Source of the DNA: a candidate division WOR-3 bacterium
GTDB taxonomy: Bacteria; Hydrothermota; Hydrothermia; LBFQ01; DSFT01
Assembly: GCA_965649115.1 (NCBI GenBank)
Contig: CBFGJN010000059.1
Location: 1 to 11,499 of the forward strand
Length of the DNA stretch: 11,499 nt
Direction: 5' to 3'
This document shows, piece after piece, positions 1 through 6,791 of the stretch. Positions within the stretch are counted from its first letter, which is position 1, and each line of letters opens with the position of its first letter. The notes beneath the pieces were generated by a model that saw only the letters and a list, made by a program, of their open reading frames with translations, had not been told where the DNA came from and did no database searches. The translations under genes and the position numbers were made by a program.

Positions 1-4
1 TTTT

Positions 5-210
5 TGCCTTGTCCAATAATTCTAAAATTATTTATTTTACTATATTTTCCCACCCACCCTATAATTAAGCCTTCGGCTTATAAATACCCGTTTTTTGCCT
101 TTGGGGGGCGAAGCCCCCCCTAATAATCCCCCCAATAAATCAACAATTTCCTTAAAAATTTTATAAATTATTGATTATCAATCGCTTAACAATAATTATT
201 GGACAAAGCA
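5..210 (-). mobile_element. MITE/REP-like non-coding repeat element, copy 1 (complete, with terminal inverted repeats)
   Basis: TGCCTTGTCCAATAATT (5-21) and AATTATTGGACAAAGCA (194-210) form a 16/17 inverted repeat. Internal hairpins are TAAGCC-TTC-GGCTTA (66-80) and GGGGGGC-GAA-GCCCCCC (103-119). The reverse complement aligns collinearly with ~4049-4221. No ORF inside. Strand is given as the G-rich strand. Mobility is inferred, not shown. Confidence 0.7.
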
Positions 211-289
211 GAAGTAAATCGCTTTAATTTCCCAAAGCAAAAAATGGGAATTTTCTTTGGACACATCTAATTTTTTTATATTTTTACTT

Positions 290-295
290 TAAAAT
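290..295 (+). promoter_or_regulatory. Putative -10 box (TAAAAT), probable leaderless/short-leader promoter of the 307 ORF
   Basis: TAAAAT lies 11 nt upstream of ATG 307 and there is no SD. TTTAAAATTATC (288-299) recurs exactly at 4232-4243. Confidence 0.4.
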
Positions 296-306
296 TATCT
301 CGTTAT

Positions 307-1947
307 ATGAGAATTCTTGTTTTAGGTGGAGCAGGTCAAGTAGGATTAGCAGTTTGTAGGAAATTTTTAAAAGAAGGTTTTAATAACATTATTATATCTG
401 GTCTTACAAAAGATGAAGTTTTAAATGCCATAAATATCTTAAAAAGTGATTTTCCCAATTCAAACCTGGAATATGATTATGGAAATATATTTGCAAGGGA
501 AGTTTCAAAAGACAAGTCAAAAGAAGCTATATTAAAGGAAATTGTTGAAGATTGTTTGGAGGAATTTAATGAGGAAATTTTAAAGAATTCTCATTTATAT
601 AATGTTGTAAGTAAATTCAAGCCTCAAATTATTATTGATACAATAAATACTGCTACTGCTCTTGCTTATCAAGATATATTTACCGCATCAAAAGAAATTT
701 TAAAATCAAAAGAGAATTTGGAATTTAAAATTTACAATTTAATAGCATCTTCATCACTTCCCTTATTAATTAGACATATTCAAATTCTTTGGGAAACACT
801 TGTGGAAAATGATGTTAAAATTTATATAAAAGTAGGAACTACGGGAACAGGAGGAATGGGATTAAATATCCCTTATACTCATGGTGAAGAAAGACCTTCA
901 AGAGTTCTATTATCAAAAACTGCATTAGCAGGAGCACATACCTTATTATTATTTCTCCTTTCAAAAACACCAAATTTTTCAATTCTTTCAAAGCCAATAA
1001 AAAATAGACCAATAATAAAAGAAATAAAACCTGCTGCCTTAATAGCATTTAAAAATGTAGCCTATGGTAAAATTCAGAAGAAAGGAAAATTTTTAAAACT
1101 ATATGATGAAAAAAGAATTTACAAGCTTGAAAAGAATAAAATTTTCAAAATAGATGAGCTAAACTATGGAATTGAAAAAGGAATTATGGAAGATCTATAT
1201 ATTGATACTGGGGAAAATGGTTTATTTTCAATTGAAGAATTTAGAGCAATTACAAGTTTAAATCAAATGGAGGCAATAACACCAGAAGAAATAGCTAATG
1301 TAGTATTTTTAGAAACAATTGGCGATAGTTCATCATATGACATTTTAAGTGCTATATCATCTGCTATAATGCATCCAACATATAGAGCAGGTTTCTTAAG
1401 ATATAGAGCTTTAAAAATTCTTGAAGAATTAAAACAAAAATTCAATGCCAAGAGTTGGGCCTTTGAAATTCTTGGTCCTCCAAGATTGAGCAAATTAATA
1501 ATGGAAGTGGAACTTATAAAACATAACTTTTCAATTGAAGCATTTTTAAACGAAAAAACAGAAGAAATTTTTATTAAACTTAAACAATTTATTATGGAGA
1601 ATGAAAATTTTAGAACAACTGCATTGTCAATTGGTATTCCAATTTTTATTGAACCTGATAATTTAATTTTTGCCAGAAGAGAAATAAGAGATAAGAATTG
1701 GGAAGGCACTTGGGAAATAAATGAAAATAACATAAAATTCTTTTTGAATAATGAATGGATTGAAATTTCAAAAGAAAACATTCAAAAATGGAAAGAAAGA
1801 TTTAAGAAGATATTAAAAGAACTTGAATTTTCTGATTATTCATCAAAGCTAAACAGGAGTTTATATGATTTTAATTTTGATAGTGGGGATATTGTCGCTT
1901 GGATTTTTGAAAATGAAGATTTGGGTTATAGATTTAAAATAAGATGA
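307..1947 (+). CDS. Uncharacterised large NAD(P)-binding Rossmann-fold protein (SDR/oxidoreductase-like), 546 aa
   Basis: N-terminal MRILVLGGAGQVG dinucleotide-binding motif, plus a Gly-rich block KVGTTGTGGMGLNIPYTHGEERPSRVLLSK. Long ORF with host-like composition. Substrate unknown. Confidence 0.7.
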   Translation: MRILVLGGAGQVGLAVCRKFLKEGFNNIIISGLTKDEVLNAINILKSDFPNSNLEYDYGNIFAREVSKDKSKEAILKEIVEDCLEEFNEEILKNSHLYNVVSKFKPQIIIDTINTATALAYQDIFTASKEILKSKENLEFKIYNLIASSSLPLLIRHIQILWETLVENDVKIYIKVGTTGTGGMGLNIPYTHGEERPSRVLLSKTALAGAHTLLLFLLSKTPNFSILSKPIKNRPIIKEIKPAALIAFKNVAYGKIQKKGKFLKLYDEKRIYKLEKNKIFKIDELNYGIEKGIMEDLYIDTGENGLFSIEEFRAITSLNQMEAITPEEIANVVFLETIGDSSSYDILSAISSAIMHPTYRAGFLRYRALKILEELKQKFNAKSWAFEILGPPRLSKLIMEVELIKHNFSIEAFLNEKTEEIFIKLKQFIMENENFRTTALSIGIPIFIEPDNLIFARREIRDKNWEGTWEINENNIKFFLNNEWIEISKENIQKWKERFKKILKELEFSDYSSKLNRSLYDFNFDSGDIVAWIFENEDLGYRFKIR

Positions 1948-4019
1948 AGTTCAACGTTAAAAAATTTTTATGGGGTATTAAATGGGCATTTATAACATAT
2001 CTTGTAATTATTATCATTTCAATTCCTATTATAATTTATCTTTCAATTGGACTTCCATCATTAGAAGAAATTGAGAGGTACAAAGCACCAAATTCAACAA
2101 AAGTTTATGATATAAATGGTAAGTTAATTTATGAATTTCACGAAGAAAGAAGAGTTCCTATAAAAATTAAGGAGCTTCCAAAACATGTTGTTATGGCTTT
2201 TGTTCTTCTTGAAGATAGAAAATTCTATAATCATTGGGGTGTTGATATAGATAGAATTATAAAATCAGCGATAAAAAACATCCTCACTTTAAGTATAAAG
2301 GAGGGAGCAAGTACAATAACCCAACAATTGGCAAGAAATATGTTTTTAACGCAAGAAAGAACAATCACAAGAAAAATAAGAGAAATTTTACTTGCTATTA
2401 AAATTGAAAGAACATTTTCAAAAGAAGAAATTCTTGAAAGATATTTAAATCAAATTTACATGGGAGGTGGGTTATATGGCATTCAAAGTGCAGCTGAATA
2501 CTACTTTGGTAAAACTGCGAAAGATTTAAATCCATTAGAAGCGTCAATTTTAGCAGGAATTCCAAAAGATCCGAGCAGATATTCACCTGCTAAAAACTAC
2601 GAATTATCATTACAAAGAGGAAAATTTATATTAAAATTACTATATGATAATAAAATTATAAGCAAAGATGAATATGAAAAATTTAAAAATTACAAGCCTG
2701 AAATTGTTTATTTTAAAGCACCTTTAAGTTATGGAGGGATAGCACCTTACTTCATAGATGAAGTAAGGAAGTACGTGGTTTCAAAATATGGAGAATATTT
2801 TTTGTTTAGAGGTGGTGGAAAAATTTGGACAACACTTGATAGTAGAATTCAAGAAATATGTAATAGAATTGTTGATAGTATGCTTGATGTTTATGACAAA
2901 AAATTCCCTACAAAACCTAAATACAAGGATTATAATCCTAAAACAAAAAAGCCTCCTAAATATCTACAAGTTGCACTTGTTGCTATTGATAATAATACTG
3001 GATATGTATTGGCTCTCATAGGTGGAAGGAATTATTATCATAGTCAATTTAATAGGGCAACGCAAGCTTATAGGCAAGCGGGATCAGCATTTAAGGTTTT
3101 CACTTACGCATCTGCTATGGAAAAAGGTTTCAATGCCACTGATATTGTCTATGATTTACCAATATCTATAAAACTTCCTGATACTATTTGGCAACCTGAG
3201 AACTTTGATAGGGAATATCTTGGACCAATTCCAATATGGAAAGCAATTGCATTGTCAAAGAACTTAGCAACTGTTAGATTACTTTTGGAAATAGGACCAG
3301 CTTCTGCTAGTGAAATGGCAAAAAGACTTGGTATTGAAACCAGTGTTCCTCCCTATTATTCAGTAGCACTTGGTGCAATTGATGTTAGACCAATAGAGCT
3401 CATAAACGCTTTTAGCACTATTGCAAGTTATGGAAATAGAAAAAAACCTATATTTATTATTAAAATTGAAGATGTTAACGGTGTTATTTTGGAGGAAAAT
3501 AAACCTCAATCAACAATTGTTATGGATTCAATAACTGCTTATTTAACAATTAATTTACTAAGACATGTCGTTGATGCTGGAACTGCTATTGATGCAAGGT
3601 TAGTTTATAAATTTGAACATCCCGCAGCTGGTAAGACAGGAACTACTGATGATTATAGAGATGCATGGTTTATTGGATTTACCCCTGAAATAACATTAGG
3701 TGTGTGGTTTGGTTATGATAGTACAAGAACAATTTTTCCAAATGCTACGGGAACACAATTAGCAGTTCCTGTTTGGTCATTAATTATGAAAGAAATTTAC
3801 AAAGATAAACCAAAAAAAAATTTTTATATTCCTTATGGAGTTAAATTTGTGGAAGTTTGTAGAATTTCAGGTAAGCTTCCAACAAAAAACTGCCCAAGAA
3901 TATATGAACCTTTTAGAGAAGGTAAAGAACCGAAAGAATATTGTCCTATCCATACCTCTGCAAAAGAAATTTCAGATACAACAATTGAGAAGAACTTTTT
4001 GAAAGACTTTTTAAGATAA
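1944..4019 (+). CDS. mrcA: Class A penicillin-binding protein, PBP1A family (transglycosylase + transpeptidase)
   Basis: N-terminal TM anchor. GT51 motifs EDRKFYNHWGVD, GASTITQQLARN and RKIREILLA. Transpeptidase motifs SxxK (GSAFK), SxN (SKN) and KTG (GKTGTT). C-terminal Cys/His tail CRISG..CP..CPIH. ATGA overlap with the upstream gene. Confidence 0.95.
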   Translation: MKFNVKKFLWGIKWAFITYLVIIIISIPIIIYLSIGLPSLEEIERYKAPNSTKVYDINGKLIYEFHEERRVPIKIKELPKHVVMAFVLLEDRKFYNHWGVDIDRIIKSAIKNILTLSIKEGASTITQQLARNMFLTQERTITRKIREILLAIKIERTFSKEEILERYLNQIYMGGGLYGIQSAAEYYFGKTAKDLNPLEASILAGIPKDPSRYSPAKNYELSLQRGKFILKLLYDNKIISKDEYEKFKNYKPEIVYFKAPLSYGGIAPYFIDEVRKYVVSKYGEYFLFRGGGKIWTTLDSRIQEICNRIVDSMLDVYDKKFPTKPKYKDYNPKTKKPPKYLQVALVAIDNNTGYVLALIGGRNYYHSQFNRATQAYRQAGSAFKVFTYASAMEKGFNATDIVYDLPISIKLPDTIWQPENFDREYLGPIPIWKAIALSKNLATVRLLLEIGPASASEMAKRLGIETSVPPYYSVALGAIDVRPIELINAFSTIASYGNRKKPIFIIKIEDVNGVILEENKPQSTIVMDSITAYLTINLLRHVVDAGTAIDARLVYKFEHPAAGKTGTTDDYRDAWFIGFTPEITLGVWFGYDSTRTIFPNATGTQLAVPVWSLIMKEIYKDKPKKNFYIPYGVKFVEVCRISGKLPTKNCPRIYEPFREGKEPKEYCPIHTSAKEISDTTIEKNFLKDFLR

Positions 4020-4026
4020 GACCTAG

Positions 4027-4221
4027 AAATAATTATATTTTTGGACACAATTGATTATCAAAGACTTATTAAAAATTCATTAAAATGCTTGAAATCATAG
4101 GGGGAATTAATGGGGGCTTCGCCTCCATTGCCGAAATATGGGCAATTAGAGCCGAAGGCTCAATTATAGGGTGGGTGGGAAAAATATAAAAATAATTATA
4201 TTTTTAGAATTTTTGGACACA
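4027..4221 (+). mobile_element. MITE/REP-like repeat element, copy 2 (inverted relative to copy 1)
   Basis: 22-bp exact match AATTATAGGGTGGGTGGGAAAA (4162-4183 = revcomp of 45-66) and 12-bp GGGGGCTTCGCC (4112-4123 = revcomp of 107-118). Hairpins at 4109-4129 and 4149-4161. Ends in TTTTTGGACACA, similar to the copy 1 terminus. Confidence 0.75.
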
Positions 4222-4222
4222 T

Positions 4223-4252
4223 TAGACACATTTTAAAATTATCCTTTAAAAT
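4223..4252 (+). promoter_or_regulatory. Putative sigma70 promoter of the small lipoprotein gene (TAGACA-N18-TAAAAT)
   Basis: TAGACA at 4223-4228 and TAAAAT at 4247-4252, inside the TTAAAATTTTCAAA motif shared with the ahcY and fabD upstream regions. Confidence 0.4.
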
Positions 4253-4268
4253 TTTCAAACTTACCGAA

Positions 4269-4275
4269 AAGGAGG
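4269..4275 (+). promoter_or_regulatory. Shine-Dalgarno site
   Basis: AAGGAGG ending 8 nt before ATG 4284. Confidence 0.75.
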
Positions 4276-4283
4276 GAAAGAAG

Positions 4284-4478
4284 ATGAGAAACCTTTTACT
4301 TGCCCTAAGCATAGCGCTAGCTCTTGGAGCATGCGGTGGTGGTCAAAAGGCAGAAGAACAGAAACCAGCTGAACAAACTCAACAACAAACTACAACTACT
4401 ACTGATACTACACAAAAGACTACTACTGATACTACTAAAAAGACAGAGCAAACCCAGACCTCTGGTGAGAAGAAGTAA
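4284..4478 (+). CDS. Small Thr/Gln-rich lipoprotein (64 aa, low complexity)
   Basis: Signal peptide with lipobox LGA|C, strong SD, polar disordered mature part ending in GEKK, and a downstream hairpin. Confidence 0.85.
   Translation: MRNLLLALSIALALGACGGGQKAEEQKPAEQTQQQTTTTTDTTQKTTTDTTKKTEQTQTSGEKK
4395..4442 (+). repeat. 24-bp in-frame tandem duplication (TTTDTTQK / TTTDTTKK)
   Basis: ACTACTACTGATACTACACAAAAG (4395-4418) versus ACTACTACTGATACTACTAAAAAG (4419-4442), 22/24 identical. Confidence 0.85.
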
Positions 4479-4487
4479 CCTAAATTT

Positions 4488-4504
4488 GGGGTCCAAAGGA
4501 CCCC
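4488..4504 (+). terminator. GC-rich stem-loop after the lipoprotein gene (terminator or mRNA-stabilising hairpin)
   Basis: Perfect 7-bp stem GGGGTCC-AAA-GGACCCC starting 10 nt after the stop. It lacks a clear U-tract. Confidence 0.55.
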
Positions 4505-4512
4505 TCGCATAA

Positions 4513-4932
4513 ATGTTATTTCTTTTATCACTTGGGAATAATCCAAAAGAAATAAAATTTGAAATTATAAAAAATTTTCAATTAGTTTATCAAGATGAAG
4601 GGATAAAAATCTTTAAAAATTATAATGAATTTGAAAAGTTTTATAAATCCCAAACGAACTTAATTTCCGATAGTATTCCAAAATTAAATGTAAATTTTGA
4701 AAATGAACTTTTAATAGGAGTTTTTTTGGGACAAAGACCAACTAGTGGATATTCAATAAATGTTGATAAAGTTATTTTGGAAAATAAAAAAATTTGGGTT
4801 TATGCAAGTGAAATTTGTCCCAAAAAAGACCAAGCTGTTTTAATGGTTATTACATATCCTTCCGTTTTTATAAAAATTCCCAAATATAATTATCCTATTG
4901 AGTTAAAATTAAATAAATGTCAAAGAAAATAG
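4513..4932 (+). CDS. Protease complex subunit PrcB family (PrcB_C domain) protein
   Basis: Characteristic pattern VNFENELLIGVFLGQRPTSGYSINV...CP...MVITYPSVFIKIP. Short hydrophobic N-terminus. Confidence 0.8.
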   Translation: MLFLLSLGNNPKEIKFEIIKNFQLVYQDEGIKIFKNYNEFEKFYKSQTNLISDSIPKLNVNFENELLIGVFLGQRPTSGYSINVDKVILENKKIWVYASEICPKKDQAVLMVITYPSVFIKIPKYNYPIELKLNKCQRK

Positions 4933-5348
4933 AATTAGCAACTGAATTTTTAAAAAATAGATTTGGAATTGAAAACTTAAACGAAAATTTTGTCCTTATT
5001 GATAGAGGTGATATATGGATAACGAATAAAGATGCTTTAAAAGTTAAAGAAAATTTAAAATTTAATAGAATTGGTATAAGGCTTATTAGAGTTTTCAAAA
5101 ATAACCTTAAACTAACAACATCTGGTTCTCAAATTATTGGTCATTTAGCAAAGAAAAATGTTTTAGTTCTTGAAGATGAAAATTTGGCATTAAGTTATAT
5201 AAAAGGTAATGATATTTATGGTAATTTTGAAAACTTACAAAAAGGACAGGTTATTGTGAAATTTAAAAATGATACTTTGGGAATTGGATTATATGATGGT
5301 GATAAGATAAAAAACCAAATTCCAATTCCAAAACGAATATATGATTAA
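4917..5348 (+). CDS. Stand-alone RsmF C-terminal/PUA-like RNA-binding domain protein (NOL1/NOP2/fmu-associated, Nip7-like architecture)
   Basis: Pattern RIGIRL..LKLTT..SQIIG..AKKNVLVL..ALSYIKGNDI..GQVIVKF..DTLGIG..IKNQIP resembles the C-terminal PUA-like module of RsmF/YebU and its free-standing archaeal homologues. No methyltransferase motifs. Confidence 0.7.
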   Translation: MSKKIELATEFLKNRFGIENLNENFVLIDRGDIWITNKDALKVKENLKFNRIGIRLIRVFKNNLKLTTSGSQIIGHLAKKNVLVLEDENLALSYIKGNDIYGNFENLQKGQVIVKFKNDTLGIGLYDGDKIKNQIPIPKRIYD

Positions 5349-6094
5349 CCAAAAACAATAACACCAATAATATAATCCAAAAATAAAATCATAAATGCAC
5401 ATACAACTACACTTATTGTAGTCGCCTTACCAACACCAATAGCACCACCAGTTGTATTAAAACCAAAGTAGCAACTAATAATTCCAATACTTAAACCAAA
5501 GAAAAATGCTTTTAATAGTCCTCCAAAAATATCTTTAAAATTATAAAATGTTTTCATTCCATTTATTAAATCTGAAACATTCATAGAAAATAAAAAATAG
5601 CTTAAAAGGATAGCAGAAGATATTGATATTAACATTGAAAGAATAACAAGTATAGGTGTTGAAATTGTTATTGCTAAAATTCTAGGAAGTAATAGAAATC
5701 TATAAGGATTTATTGACATAACTTCAAGAGCATCAATTTGTTCAGAAATCCTCATAGTTCCAAGTTCAGCAGCAAAACCAGCTCCAACTCTCCCTGCTAA
5801 AACAATTGCTGTAAATACAGGAGCCATTTCAATTGAAACTGCTTTCCATATTCCAGCACCAATTAAGTCTTCTGGAACATAATCTTTTAATTGATAAGCG
5901 GTTTGAAGAGCAGCAACCATGCCTGTAAATGCAGAGGTTAAAGCAACTATTGGAATTGAATTTATTCCTGCATTTATAATTTGATATACAATTTGTGGAA
6001 TTGATTTATTTATTTCACGAATTGATAAAGTTATTCTAAAAATCATAAAGCTTATTGCCCCAATATGATAAAAGAAATTAACTAAAATTTTCAT
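5345..6094 (-). CDS. mlaE: MlaE-family ABC transporter permease
   Basis: EMAPVFTAIVLAGRVGAGFAAELGTMRISEQIDALEVMSINPYRFLLLPRILA and GGAIGVGKATT signatures. Start set at MKILV (6094); the ORF track extends to 6115. Confidence 0.92.
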   Translation of the reverse strand: MKILVNFFYHIGAISFMIFRITLSIREINKSIPQIVYQIINAGINSIPIVALTSAFTGMVAALQTAYQLKDYVPEDLIGAGIWKAVSIEMAPVFTAIVLAGRVGAGFAAELGTMRISEQIDALEVMSINPYRFLLLPRILAITISTPILVILSMLISISSAILLSYFLFSMNVSDLINGMKTFYNFKDIFGGLLKAFFFGLSIGIISCYFGFNTTGGAIGVGKATTISVVVCAFMILFLDYIIGVIVFG

Positions 6095-6791
6095 ATATGA
6101 AATTCCTAATAGCATTATTAAAATTTTCAGGATATTCTAAATTACTTAAATGGGCGCAATTTTCAAAAATAAGGAGTTTTGAATTTTTTATATATCTATT
6201 CATTAATTTTGCATCTTCTATTGTGCTTAAAATATCACTATCACCAGAAATTATAAGTGTTGGGACTTCAATTTCTTTTAGGATTTCACTGCTATCTTCC
6301 CTATTAGCAAGTGCTTTTAATAAGGCAATTAAGCTTTCTTTTTTTGCTTCCATTATCATGCCTTTTATTAATTCTTCTTTTTCCTTAGTTCTATTTTTTA
6401 AAAATTTTGGAAGATATTCATCAACCAAAAATTCAATTCCTTCATTTTCTATTCTTTTAATAAGTTCAAGTCTTTTATTTTTTAATTCCAAACTATCAGC
6501 AGTTGCTTTTGTATTAGCCAAAACTATTCCTTCAATAAAATTTTTATAATATCTAAGCATTTGGAAAATAATATAGCCACCCATACTTAAACCAACAAAA
6601 ATCGCTTTATTGATTTTATTTTCAATTAAAAATTGATAAACGAAATCTGCATAATCCTTTAAATTTTCTTTTGATAAATTCTGATAGTCAATTAAATGAA
6701 TTTTGAATTCTTTTAAATTTTCAGCTTGATATTTCCACATTTTAGAATTTAAAGGAAAAGCATGTAAGAAAACGATATTTTTACGCTCCAT
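6078..6791 (-). CDS. Alpha/beta-fold hydrolase (3-oxoadipate enol-lactonase/PcaD-like)
   Basis: FLHAFPL oxyanion motif, GLSMGG nucleophile elbow, GDSD acid and AHLSN catalytic His. Start set at MERKN (6791), overlapping the apgM stop. Confidence 0.9.
   Translation of the reverse strand: MERKNIVFLHAFPLNSKMWKYQAENLKEFKIHLIDYQNLSKENLKDYADFVYQFLIENKINKAIFVGLSMGGYIIFQMLRYYKNFIEGIVLANTKATADSLELKNKRLELIKRIENEGIEFLVDEYLPKFLKNRTKEKEELIKGMIMEAKKESLIALLKALANREDSSEILKEIEVPTLIISGDSDILSTIEDAKLMNRYIKNSKLLIFENCAHLSNLEYPENFNNAIRNFIYENFS

Noticed and set aside
171..181. TTGATTATCAA as an FNR or Fur box (also 4051-4061)
   Set aside because: The spacer is 1 nt rather than the 4 nt of FNR, it does not fit the full Fur 7-1-7 box, and it is part of the repeat element, where it fits the IHF consensus better.
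229..258. TTCCCA/TGGGAA stem followed by a T-tract as an intrinsic terminator
   Set aside because: The stem is only 6 bp with a 10-nt loop, and the upstream gene context lies outside the window. Too weak to call.
839..3021. Short ORFs 839-1048(-), 1263-1781(-), 2398-2586(-) and 2788-3021(+)
   Set aside because: They are antisense or out-of-frame shadows wholly inside well-supported genes, with no recognisable motifs.
4127..4146. Third hairpin ATTGCC/GGCAAT in copy 2
   Set aside because: It overlaps hairpin A and is not preserved in copies 1 or 3, so it is probably incidental.
3833..5098. ORFs 3833-4048(-), 4324-4512(+) and 4895-5098(-)
   Set aside because: They overlap real genes in other frames, with no family features or translation signals.
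6097..6549. 150-aa plus-strand ORF
   Set aside because: It is the antisense shadow of the alpha/beta hydrolase, with the F/S/L/I-rich composition typical of the reverse of an AT-rich gene.
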